From Utricularia gibba (lineage: Eukaryota; Plantae; Magnoliophyta): a stretch of DNA of 64,000 bases. Location of the stretch: NCBI GenBank assembly GCA_002189035.1, contig NEEC01000012.1:2542001-2606000 (forward strand). The letters are read 5' to 3'. Made by a program: the position numbers and the translations under genes. This document shows, piece after piece, positions 12,174-26,048 of the stretch (positions are counted from its first letter, which is position 1; each line of letters begins with the position of its first letter). The notes beneath the pieces are model-generated. The model made no database searches and was not told the DNA's origin. It saw nothing but the letters and a program-made list of their open reading frames with translations.

Positions 12174-12826
12174 CTGTAGTCAGACTCAGATCCCATCATC
12201 ATGTGTATTGCATCTCCAGTAGGGAACCTATCAAAGAATCACATATCATCAGTTTGCACATTACTCTGTATTGATGCGGTGCATCTTCTCTGGGTATAGT
12301 GAATATTCACTAAAACACATCTCCCTTTGTTTTCTCTGCAGCACCAAAACCATTATTTTGAGATTTGGTGCTTGTGCACATTCGTAGTCAGTAACACCTT
12401 ACCGTCCATGTGTGTCCTCACTGTTCTTCCTCGATATCAGTCGGTGAAGACTTCAGATCTGGTCACTCACCGACGCTGAAAATGAAAAAAATAAAAATAC
12501 GTTCAAACCAGCAACAGGAAACGGTGGTTGTGGTGGAGCCATGATTATTGAGTGTTGTTAGAATGTACACAAGAAGCAAACATCTCACATGATATACACC
12601 GAGCAACCAAAAAATGGTTGCCCTGTCTCCCTCAAAGCACAGCTCATACCCATTTACTATGCATCTTACGTCTCAAATTATTAGCTTCATCCATCAATTA
12701 TTTCAAAATCCAACATCACGCTATTAAACTTGATATATTCCCCTTCATCTTCCACAAGCTCACTCCAGTCTATCCTGGATCCAGAGAAAGCTTTGATCAT
12801 TAGAAAAAAACACTAGCTGTGGAAAA

Positions 12827-14330
<1,504 letters not shown>

Positions 14331-14946
14331 ACTGCAGCAACCGACACCGACGGAAGATCTAGACGTCGATGTTAACGGCGTTAACGTCTCTACTTTGGAT
14401 TGGTTTGCGTGATCTGCGGCACCCGTGCTCCCTCTGGTGGTCAATTATGACGGCGTGAACTCTCGAATTCCGTTTGTGATGTGTGTGGCATACAAATAAA
14501 ATAAACCCTCAAAACCAAAAAAATTCAATTTTCTTTTTTTTGTTTATTGTAATCAATATGCTTGTATAATTAAACATCCCACACCGACATTCATTAGAAA
14601 CCCTAAATTGAAATCCACATCAAATTCAAATTCAAATTAAAACTTCAACATCACAAACCCCACCAAATTTCCAGAAGTGTACACGTCCCAATTCCCTACG
14701 GCGACTTCGATTATATTAAAATAATTTTACATTTAAAAAACCAAGATTTATATCATCTTATCCTTCCATCTAACCATACATAGAAAAAAACATCAATTAT
14801 TGGTATGAAATTGATCATTCTCATGTATTGGGAGTGAAATGAATGTTTTCATTGCCAAAACAAAATATTTGTAGTGTTTGCAGCATTTATTGTACAAGAG
14901 TGTGCTGATTTTCGCACTGATGAATTAAAGAATCAAGAAGTTTTAT

Positions 14947-16573
14947 TTACTCCTCCACGACAACATGCACTTGCGCGTTTTTCATGCTTCGCTTGTTCCT
15001 GCTATAAGCTCTCGTAAATCTCGCTTTCTTTTCTTGATTTACAGCTTCGTTTGGCGTCTCATGTTTGGGAGATGATACTGGTAACTCGTCATCGGACGAT
15101 GAAGTTGCATCTGCTTTTGGTTGTTGAGTTGTTGGGAGAACTTCTTCGGGTTTTTGATCCTTCGTCTTCCCCCAGATCACTAGGTAGAGCCCCATCACGA
15201 TCACCAAAGCTCCACTCACTCTGCAAAATTTGATTGCTAAAAGGTTAGATACGGTGGGTTTTGATGTTATGGAGTGAATTGTGTATCTGTAGAATACGTA
15301 CTTTCCGACGGTCATTTGCTCGGCGAAGATGAAAGAGCTCAGAATGGCGACGATGACCATGCTGAGAGGGTTGAAGGCGGTCACGAAAACGGGTCCCTTC
15401 TCGTTCATGATGACGCCGGAGAGATAGTAAGTGATGCCGGAAGAGACAATTCCCTGCACAAAATCAGCAGAGACAACAATTTAGGCCTCCCCACCGGAAA
15501 AAATGGTGATTTATGAATCTTGGAAATGTCTGGATTCTTACCCCGTAGACATACGCCAAAAGCTTGGCATCCAATCTGAGGATCCAGATGGCGGTGTTGT
15601 TCCTCTCCACGATGAAGGCGACGACGGTGCCCATCAGCGACCCGAATCCGCAGACCATAGCGGTCAGCGACATGCCGGCGCCGTAAGATTTCAAGGTGAT
15701 CGCCTGAAGAATGTAGAAGAGGGCGTAGCAGAAGCAGCCTGCTCCGATCATGAGAGCGCCCTTGATGGGATCAGGATGGTCATTGGGATTCGCAGAAGCG
15801 TGTGCGTTATTTGGCGCATGAGTCCACGGGAGCCCAATTGTTTGGCCTCTGATCATGGTCATGATCATCGCCCCTCCCAGAGCAACCGCCGTCCCGAGAA
15901 TCTTCGCGTAGGTTGAAGACTTTTTGAAGTTCAGTTTCTCGATTCTGTAGAAAGAGTTTTCCATCTTTAAGCAAGCAGTTCTGTGTAGAAGATCGGCTAA
16001 CGATTTTGATTCAGATTCAATTTCTGAAGCTCACCGGAGAATCCAAGCCATCACGAAAGTGATCGCCGGAATAAGATTGCATAGCGCGGAGGTGACGGTG
16101 GCCGTTGTATACCTCATTCCAGCGTAGAACATGTTCTGCCCGATCACCGGACTGTTCAAAGAGAAGAAACTCAGAACTTCTGCTCATGAACTAAATGAAA
16201 AAAGAAAAAAGAAAAAAAAACCAGAATACTCACTCTAGCAAGCCGAGGAGCAGAATCTTGATGAACACCGTAAGAGTCATCGCCGGTCTAGACTTCCTGC
16301 AGAACCACAAACAACAACCCATTAGCTAATCCAACAACAACAGCAGAAATCCTCTCTGCTCATCCTATTTCCAATTCCAACTAACCTCTCAAAGATGAGG
16401 GCGAAGGGGATGAAAAGGGCAGCTGCGATGCCATTCCTGTACACAGAAAACACATAATGGCTGCTTCCCTGGTTCAACGCCGCCTTCGCGACGATTGCGA
16501 ACCCGGCGCTGCCGAACTGCAGGAAGATGACCCCGAGGTAGGGCCTGATTTTGTTGAGGAACTTGGATGACAT
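14947..16573 (-). CDS. WAT1-related / UMAMIT (MtN21/EamA) transporter; 6 exons
   Basis: PYLGVIFLQFGSAGF..AKAALNQG..HYVFSVYR; AKILGTAVALGGAMIMT; KGPVFVTAFNPL; GLYLVIWGK. Confidence 0.93.
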
Positions 16574-16927
16574 GCTCGTGGAGAAGAGGGAGCTCGTGAA
16601 ACTCAGAGAAGATGAGAAGATGCGTTTGGTTATGAATCTCCACCCTCAAGTGAACCAGGTACTTATAAATCTCAGAGGCGGAGAAACTTCGTGGAGTCAA
16701 GTGCAGTAAAACATGGCGAGCTTTTAAAATACAACAGAATACGTTCTTGGACCAGATTTTGCTGTCTGGTCCGCCAGCCATCGTACTCTGTCATTTATCC
16801 TCATCATATATCATTAAAATATACTTTTTTTAAATCAAAATATTTCAATTATATTATACTTTTATATGCTACTTTTTTAGTATAAAATTCTTCCAATTTT
16901 TGAAATATTTCATTTATTAAGAAATAT

Positions 16928-17106
16928 GGGCATGTTTGGTTAAAAGTAAAGGGATGAAGATGTTTAGTTTATTAAGGATTATATATGTATTTATTTGAAA
17001 GTTAATATTTTTATCCAACTCTTCTTTAGGATTTATTTTTTCATACTTTTAAAAAACTTTTATACGAACCACATAAAATATAATCTATATCCATTCAAAC
17101 ATGTCC
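16928..17106. mobile_element. Candidate Tourist/PIF-Harbinger-like MITE (about 180 bp)
   Basis: Left end GGGCATGTTTG (16928-16938); right end CAAACATGTCC (17096-17106), a 10/11 inverted match; AT-rich interior; target-site duplication not clean. Confidence 0.55.
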
Positions 17107-17224
17107 AAATTGATCAAATTAACATAGTCTATATGTATGATTTATAAAATAATTATAATTATAATGAAATTATTTATTATTTATTAATTAGATGAGGTTT
17201 TAATTCTATGGCTCAACTCACGTG

Positions 17225-17358
17225 GACAATGATGAGTAGCACATTTTTGTCTTAAAATTCAGCCCTACTGCGCATGAATCGGAATTCTCCTCTGGCTGCG
17301 CCGGAAAGTTCGTAGTCTTGACCGGGGGTCCGGTGGGGGATGCGTACGGTCTGATGTT
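17225..17358 (+). ncRNA. Candidate box C/D snoRNA-like structured element (unverified)
   Basis: gaca-ATGATGA ... CTGA-tgtt with a short terminal stem, internal hairpins, GC island in an AT-rich spacer; no rRNA guide complementarity recognised. Confidence 0.25.
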
Positions 17359-18333
17359 GAGTACTTTTTTTTTTGACATGCTTCATTTATTTATTTATTT
17401 ATATTCAAGGATAAACAAAAACGTCAACAGTCAACTAGTGGAGTCTTCCTTCTGAAGTGGAGTGCTGCTATTCTTGGTCTTCGATGCCGGCCGCTGTCCC
17501 AAGGCCGAGCTGGTTCAGTGGGCTTAATTATGTTGGGCCGAGTCCATTGAATGTAAGGCCCCATCCAAAAAAGAATGGCAGCGCTACGTTAGACTAATCA
17601 TATATTGGTTATCATCCTGAGGGAGGATAAGATCAAGTAAAGTGAATACGTAAAACTTGTATGAGGCTTTTTCGCCGAAAGGATATAATGTAAAATCGTG
17701 AGATTTGAGTGTTCAAAATGAATAATATTATAAAAGATGATAATGGGTCGTAAAATTAATATAAGATAAACGGTATTGTCACGATATACTATATTAGTTA
17801 AGAATCTAAGAGAAAATGTAATTAAAAATAAAGATATATTTCTAATTTCATATGAGATATTTTTTTTAAAAGAAAAAAAAATATAAAACTATTAAGATTG
17901 TATATCTGAAACTAACAATATCATGCAAAACGTAAGTGAGTCGTTACATTCTATTTAATTATTAACTTACGTCTCCAATTTTTTATTTTTATACTTTTTA
18001 AAAATTGAAGATAAATTTATTGCGTGAATTATTATTAAGAGAACATCTTTATTATCATATAATTTCTTTTAAAAAATTATAAAAAAATTTTATTTTATTT
18101 ATTATTTATACTTTTCGAAAAAAATCATTTTCAAAATGTGCATGGCATATAGATTAGGGTTGGAAATTTTGGGATTTCTCGCTGTAACTGTAATTTTTTT
18201 CCGACGACCGGCTGGTTACCGGGAAGATTCATCATCTCAGAGGTGTCTTATGGATAACGAAAACAACACGCATGAAGAAACAACATCCGCAGTATCAAAG
18301 AGGAGAGAACGATCAAGGAGCAAAAGATTTCTT

Positions 18334-19424
18334 TCAGGTGAACTTGCAAGCATCCTTTTTGAACTTGATAGGCTTGTTGCTGGCTGAATCGACGGTCATC
18401 TGGCAAAAAACCCTTCTCCGGTGTGTCGTTCGAACTAGTTTTCCTACGATATCTCCTTTGGATATAAGTTCAAAACTCAATGCTAATGGTACCTGCAGGG
18501 GTCCTCGATAGATGGTAAATTTGAGCCAGCTCCGTACAGGGGAACCTTCGTTCCTTCTATCTGCACCATCACATTCTTGTGGCTTTTTCTTGGTTGGAAG
18601 TAGTTGTGGAACTGTACCATCACTATAGTCAGAACAACTATTGTTGGTTTGTGTGGATTGATATTCAGTTTTTTTTAAAGAAGATACCTTTCCAGTGGCA
18701 ACAACGATCTCGGAATAGACGAGGTCCACAGAAGGTGCGCTGAGATGCATTCCATAGAATGTAGCTGGATTGTATACAGTGATCCTCAATGTTCCGTTAA
18801 TATTCAACATCTTTGTAGGAACTCCTGTGAAGTCTGCGCCTGAGCCAATGTAGAAATTGTTGACAGTGAAGCTCTGCAGAAACCAGGGGAATTGGAATGA
18901 ATTAGTAGTGAATCTTGATCGTTGAGTCACAGAAAAGAATGAAGTTGATAAGTTACCCTGACAGCAATCACAGGCTTGTAGTTTCTTCCAGCGCCCCATA
19001 TGATCAAGCAGAAAACTGTGAACAGCAAGACAAATCCAAGAAAAGCCATCAGAGCTTGACACCTTCTTGTCAACTTTTTCTCCTCTTCATACTCATCATA
19101 GATCCCCTCTTCCATAATCACATCACACTCAGGCCACCCTTTATCATTTCTTTTCCGGCCGCCGTTTTTCCGGCCAGAAGAGGACCTAAAGATGCCGGAG
19201 AATCGGCTGGCCGATGAGTTTCTGGAATGGCGGCCGAATGAAGGGTGTGATGGAGACTCCATGGGACTGTTGAAACTTGGAGTTGCATGCATGGTTGAGG
19301 ACTTATCTCCATCATGAGAATCCCTTGATGGACTCTGCACATAGTACGCCGCTCTCTTTGGAGATCTTGGAGGAGATGATGTAGCTATGCTTGTGACATC
19401 CGACTCAGACTTTGTATGCTGCAT
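18334..19424 (-). CDS. LEA_2 / NDR1-HIN1-like hydroxyproline-rich glycoprotein family membrane protein; 3 exons
   Basis: HTKSESDVTS..SPPRSPKRAAYYVQSPSRDSHDGDK; TM segment; GSGADFTGVPTKML; YNPATFYGMH; GKLVRTTHRRR. Confidence 0.92.
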
Positions 19425-20185
19425 TTTGTCAATACAACTTCCTTCTTGTTTTCAAAAAGATTCAATTGATCACAGAGCAGTATCCATTGTCGGCTCTTAT
19501 TCAGATGCCTCCTCAAACACACTGAGCACAAGGATTCTGCTACAGACACCCACAAAATGAATCATTCATTTCCAATCAAATTTCAGTAATCATGCTGCAA
19601 ACAAAAATGGGGAAAAAGGCCAAAGATGGAATGTTCATCCTATTCCATGAAAACCCAGAAAGGAAAAGATGCAACTTTGCTTCAATCCAAAGCAATCAAA
19701 GCCATTGAAACTAAACAAAACACACCCCAATTGAGAAATCACACCCAGAGTCAAAAGATTACCAAGAAAACGCCCAGGTTGAGGTCTGATTTGAGCTCGC
19801 AGCTTTGTGGCGATGGAGACGAAGGAGAAAGCCAATAGAAAGAATGGTTGGATTCGGAGAGTGTCGGCAGCGGGTAGTCCAGTCACTTGCAAGCTGGTGG
19901 GCCTCTTTTCACACCATGGTTTTGGAATATGTAGTTGTCGTCAACCACAAAACTCAGAACTTGCATTGAATAAAATTATTTGAGAGGTTGATGTTGACGA
20001 TGGCATTTTGGCAGTTTTCACGAGTAAAAGTTCTGCATATTTTCTGTGTGTGACCACAAGATTTTGCTTTTCCGAAATGCGTTAGTTAGATAGAAAACTA
20101 CTGATAGTCGCTACTTAAAGGAACACGCGACTGAATCCAAAATAGGCGTAAATCGATTGTATCGCCTGGTTTCAAGGCTGCGAAA

Positions 20186-20638
20186 ATGGTGATTCTGTCA
20201 TGTTCGTCGATTCTCCAACTCAAGCCCCTTTCGCTCGCCAATCCTTTCCTTCATGGCTCCGCCGTCCGCACGGCAAGCTATTCTTTTCCTTCGTCTTCAG
20301 GTGGGCAGCAGCCGATGGAGATAAAGGCAATGCGGTCATTGCAAGGAAAAGTCGTTTGCTCCACCAACGATAAGACGGTGGCGGTGGAAGTTGTCCGCCT
20401 GGCTCCCCACCCCAAGTACAAGCGCCGCGTGAAGAAGAAGAAGACGTATCAGGCTCATGACCCCCTGAATCAGTTCAAGGTTGGGGATTTTGTTCGCCTC
20501 GAAAAGCACCGACCCATTAGCAAGACTAAGACCTTTTGGGTCATTCCCGCCGGGAGAAAAACTAATGCAGAAGCTCGACCAGAGGATGATGCAAATCCAC
20601 TGCAGGAGCTATCCATTCCTATGGAGTCGGCAAGTTGA
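20186..20638 (+). CDS. PRPS17: Plastid 30S ribosomal protein S17 precursor (intronless)
   Basis: Transit peptide followed by MRSLQGKVVCSTNDKTVAVEVVRLAPHPKYKRRV..AHDP..QFKVGDFVRLEK.RPISKTK. Confidence 0.96.
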   Translation: MVILSCSSILQLKPLSLANPFLHGSAVRTASYSFPSSSGGQQPMEIKAMRSLQGKVVCSTNDKTVAVEVVRLAPHPKYKRRVKKKKTYQAHDPLNQFKVGDFVRLEKHRPISKTKTFWVIPAGRKTNAEARPEDDANPLQELSIPMESAS

Positions 20639-21326
20639 AAATGCTTTTGTGGGTTCTGTTGGTATTGATGCCTTATGGTGCCCGTAGTATGCAATTTAAT
20701 TTTGCAATTGAGTTCGGCGTTGATGATAGAACCCCCTGTTTCTTTTTCCACTAGATTCAATCTTTGAGCTGCAAATTTTTCATTCATCAGCATGCAAGAT
20801 ATGATGGATATTCATTGAAACTACTGACTCTATGAGGATTTTGGTCGAAGAAGAGATGCTGTAGGTGTGATGAAATGATAAGATTTGAATTTCAAACTTC
20901 TTGAGATCTGAATTTAACTTCATTTAACGTCCCTCCCATGAATCCTTAAACCTCAATCCACTTGTCTTGCTTCATTAATACTCAGGATCGCCGCCCTTCT
21001 CTGCTACAATTTCATTCAATTTGCATCTTCCTTCACTGAGTGATGTGTTGTTTTGAGGATCAGTTGACCAAGCCATAGATCATGGTATTCACATGCTGTT
21101 GACTTTCGCCTTTTGGATATTCGAAAATGATATTGCTTCCATTGTAGTTCATGGTACAGTTAGATTGTCGATCTATTGGTACCTGGTAGCTTGAACTCCC
21201 AAATACTCTAAGATGCTAGCTTTAATAGCTATATTGATTTGCTGCCCGTTTCCTATTTCCGGTACCGGAGTAGAGTTGCTATGTAGCTTTATGCAATGAA
21301 TGTTGCACAGAGAGATTTTATTGATA

Positions 21327-23992
21327 ATGACGATGGAAATTCATGTTAAGATAAATATTCCATCTCTCAAGTGTGTGGAGTATGACGCTCAGCTACAGGG
21401 GGGGTCAGAACTGTTTGAACCGTGCCGTGGATCTATGGGTGGTGAAGGTGCTTACGAGGCGTTAGAAAGGAGTCGTTTGTCAAGCCAGATATTTGCGGTT
21501 GAGGGAGAACCATTCAACACCCATGATGGGAAAGCTGTCAAAGATGTAGAACTTGTAGATGAAGTTGTTGCAGTTGATAAGGAAACTGGTTCAGCTATGG
21601 CTTCTATTCCTGCTGAAGTGATGGAACAGATGCACTTCCAGGTTTGAGCATTGTGATTGTTATTCTCTGCTTTGAATCTTGAAGTGACATCTCCTTGTTT
21701 TTTGCTGTTCTTTGACAGGAGGAAGAAGCATGTGAAATCAGGAGTGCAAGACCAGTGTATGTAGCAACTGATGCAGCTGAAAGTTTAGGAGCTGGTGATA
21801 AGAATGAGGAGGAAATTAAAATGGAGCGTTTCCTCAGAGAGGCCAGGGATCGTGAAATCATCCTGGTGCGAACACTTGAAGAGCTAAGGCTAACTTTGAG
21901 TCGAACGCAAGAAGAGGTTTAGTTGCCAACCTGATAGAACTCATTGTTTTATTTTCTGATGATCAAGGTTCAATCTTTTTCTGCAGGCAGTTCACAAAGA
22001 AGATATGTTTCGTCGGGATATTGAAGACCTTCAAAAGCAATACCAAGTACTTCCAACTATCTTTAGTTGCCTTCTTCTTCTATAACCTCTGTAAGTGGTT
22101 GAAATCTCTGAAATCGAACTGATCTCAAACGCAGGCTAGTCGAAGGCAGTGTGAGGAGTTAATAAGCCAGGCTCCTGATTTCAACAGGCCCCTTTTGAGG
22201 CAATTTGAAGCAATGCAGGTTTGAAACTGTAATAGCCTACTCCTTCAACCTTGTATTAGCTTCTCATATGAATCAATTCGTTGACTTTAGGAAACAATTG
22301 CAAAAAGAGCTGAGACTTGGGCTGCTGTTGAAAGAACTCTCAAATTAAGGCTTCAGGTATCAGAACATCTTCTCTTAAATGCTCTTTTTGCTCCCTGATC
22401 ACCCTTCTAGTGTTTCCTTAACATGCAGGAAGCCGAGGCTAAGGCAGCAGCAGCGGAAGAAAAGGAGAGCTATGCTACTGAGCGTTTAACTCAAACGCTA
22501 GCTCGATTAAATGTCATGGAAACTCAGGTTTTCTATCCCCATCAATGACTTGAATTGTTACACAGATAGTTTTTGGGAAGATCTGGTTTATTGATGATAT
22601 GCTTAAAGCAGTTGTCAAGTTTGAGAACTGAGCAAACACAGTTGAGAAGATATCTTGAAAAGGAGAGGCAGGAGGCAGCAGACCATAGGCTGAAGTGCCT
22701 TGCTTTGAAGAGAGAATTGGAAGCTAAAAGAGTATGCATCAATCAACTGGATGAGGAAATTCGTCGGCTCAAGAGAAAGCATGAAAAGGAGCTACTTGAT
22801 GCACAGGGACGCCATGAACGGTTGCAACAAGTATATGCTCCATTTATGCCTCTTCTCTTTATGGGTTATATACCCTTCGTAACTCATGATCTTCAGCAGG
22901 AGCTAAAGCAAGAAATGGCTTCCTACCTTGTTGCCCCTGTTTCACCGGGTCGAAGTCTCTTGAAAGTTACTGCTGCACTTGAAGATGGTGTGTTAGTTCA
23001 ACTGTGTATGCAGGCCTAACTTGTTTATTCATAGGTTGGTGATCATCTTCTTCTGTCAGGCTCGGCGTCCCACCCTTCTAGCCTGAGCTGCATAGGAGAA
23101 AGCTCTTTCCGTCGAACAATAGTGGGCACATTTGATAATGGGATCACAAGGAAAGTGGAAGAGGACTCAGAGAGTCTTCTTTTCACCGTAAGCATGACAT
23201 CTAGCGCAGTTGAAAATGGCCATTCTTACCAGGAAGGAAAGCTTGCTTGTTCCATGTCCAGATCGGTAACAAAAATTTCTGTTTCTCTTACTTCTATATG
23301 CTGGTTTAATATTTTTTGCAATCCCCACAGGCGTCTGTAGAATCCATTCGTGACAATCTTGCACAGAAACTGTCTAAGGTGACTGCACAGGTGATCCTCT
23401 CAACTCCAACTTTTCACCCAGCTGCACATCATCTTCCTGCTTTGAGCTAAGCAGCTGTGTTTCAGCAGTGCGAGAAACTGAAAGCAGAGACCGCTGCACT
23501 ACCTGGCATGCGAGCTGAGCTAAAAGCTCTCAAGCTTAAACACTCTGTCGCTCTAGAGCTGATTGGAGAGCGTGATGAAGAGGTACTACCTTTTGCACGC
23601 ATACGCAGCATCACCACACCTGGAAAAAGTAACTCCTGCCAAGGACCACACTTTCCACAAACTGATATCATGATGCTTCCTACCCCATTCACAGATCCTT
23701 GGTTTCTTATTTTCATGTTTGGAAAACATGAAAACACGTCCCAATATTGTCTTTGAGGGTGTCTCCAACATTTTAAGGTGTGTTTTCGTGTAGTTGGAAG
23801 TGCTTCGTGAGGACATGGTTGAAATGAAGAACATGTACGCAAAGCAAGTGAATCAGCTAATGGACAAGGTAACAACACAGCTTGCTCAAATGAACTATGA
23901 GTTGTGCTCACTGCAGAAACTGGTTTACTTCTTTTTTTCTCCTACAGATCAGAGTACTCTCTTCTGAGACAAGCATTGCTTCTTCACTATGA
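21327..23992 (+). CDS. GC5-like: Divergent, N-terminally truncated golgin candidate 5 / TMF-like coiled-coil protein; about 13 exons
   Basis: In-frame exons: EDMFRRDIEDLQKQYQ / ASRRQCEEL..RPLLRQFEAMQ / ETIAKRAETWAAVER / EAEAKAAAAEEKE / CEKLKAE..ALELIGERDEE / LEVLREDMVEMKNMY (TMF_TATA_bd-like C-terminus). Start codon uncertain. Confidence 0.8.
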
Positions 23993-26048
23993 GAGAGCTA
24001 TCTCATGTACAACATAGCTTTTTTTCTTTTGGAGAACTTGGAATAATCATCCATGCTCGGGATCACAGAAGAAACACCAAAACATCGTTTGCAGCACTGA
24101 GAATAAAGAGAGATCCGTATTATATACATGGTCGCATCGGGGCAGGAGCCCAATCATGTCATTACATTTCCTAAACTAGTTATCTTAGTACAGACAGTTT
24201 CCCATTTGGTGAATAATTTTATCTTCGAATTCCGACATGAACACCATCAAAATGCAAACAACGCACACATGGCTCCACTCATACACCCATAGCACAATCC
24301 CTCATCGCCCCATCATCGTTCAACTAAAACTCACCCAAAAACTCACTATCTCCTGACCTGCACGCAGGCAAGAGCCATCCCCCCAGCACAACCTGAAACT
24401 TCTTCAGTTCAAAACTCACCCAGAACCCCCTACACATCCATTCAGACACACAAGTTCTTCTTCGATGCAAGGAGCGTGGGACGTGGAAGTATATACAGTA
24501 TACAGTCTACACACACATCAGAAAAAAAAAAAAAAAAAAGGAATGCCTGTCGGAGCCTGCGCCAGAGGGATCTGATGCAATGAGTTAGCTTGACCGCCCC
24601 TCGTCTGAGAGTTCACGCACGCTCGAGTGCTTTTAAGATCTACCCTGTAATGATTCGAGCATGTTCGTAAGAAAGTGAAAAAAAAAACACTCATTCAACA
24701 TGATATCCCAGCTGGTCCAAAGTGCCAGCGTACGGACGATTTTTATTTTGTTTTTAATTTCAATTAAAAAGTTGGACATTAAAAAAAGAAAAACTTTTGA
24801 ATTAAATTTTGTACACCTGTCCCCGGTATGGGCAAAGACAGAACGGGGAGGACTCGGACAACAGTGTCCCCCATCAACATATTTTATTCTTAATATTATT
24901 AAAAATTCGGTAACTATTATTCAATTAAATGATTTATTCGTATTTTATTTAGCCATCGTGAACCGGATTTTCTCATATTTAATTTTTTTTGTAGACAGTT
25001 TAGGACATCATCAACCCGGACCGTTTTAGAACAAACAATCCGCAAATTGGCACGTGTGATAAATTGTAAAGACAGGTGGTAGACCCTTTGACCAGGCCAT
25101 CATTACTATAATTATCCATTGTTCGTCCTGACGCTCCGATTCCGGTGGATTCGGGTTTGGGCTGCTTATCTTTCGGGTCGACCCGATTTGGATGTTCTGG
25201 TTAGAACACGAACGAATCAGCAGGTAAAAATTTAAACAAGCGGGGGTTTTTTTTGTTTTTTTTACTTTTTTACCTTTTGATGGGAACGAGGGGGAAACTT
25301 CATTTTTACTGGGAATGTGTTGCAGCATCGCACGGGTTGTGTTTCTGTGTCCTGTTCATCTACTGCTTTCAGATATTGCGATCATGGACTTTAGTTTGTT
25401 TCCACTGTCTCGGCATTATTTTCTGTGTGCAAGAACAGTAGAATTCGAAGGCATGCTTTTGAGTGAAAAACTGTGAAAAAAAATTCAACTTTGTTTTTAA
25501 TGTTTTCCTAGTTTACAGGGATTTAATTCCTTAAACACGTACAGGGACAAAAAGCTCAACCAAAAACACCCTACAAAATCCTGCTGCTCTCAAAGGTGCA
25601 TTGAATTTTTACCAAAATGACAGCAGACAAAGGGATTTATTGTAGACTGCTGTTTTGTTCTTGCCCCCCGGACAGAGGACTGTTGGTGTGAATTTGACTG
25701 GAATGATTGCTGCGGCTCAATGGGGGGTTAACATTTTTACTGCTTGATCAACCTTGTGGTAATTAACCCCTCTGCACCACCCCAGGGTTAAAATAAGCAA
25801 AATGGCATGGGAAAGGGAAAGGGAAAGGGAAAGGCCAATGAAGCTTCTTTTCTGTATCACCAAAACCCCCTCTTTTTGGGCACTCCGGCATTCAAGCACT
25901 GCACCCAATAAGTAAGCAGCAAGAAAGAGAAAGCTCTCCTGTGTCTCACTCACTCTCTTCAATCCCTGTGAATCCTCTTCTCAAGTGTATTTCCTTCCTA
26001 CTTTCTTTTTTACTTGTCACGATCATACGTTCTTGCTTGGAGTTCCCC

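Noticed and set aside
17363-17600. Possible retro-element tail (T-run, TTTA repeats) with LTR-like GGCCCA words
   Set aside because: No target-site duplication, no TG...CA ends, no coding remnant; too degraded to call.
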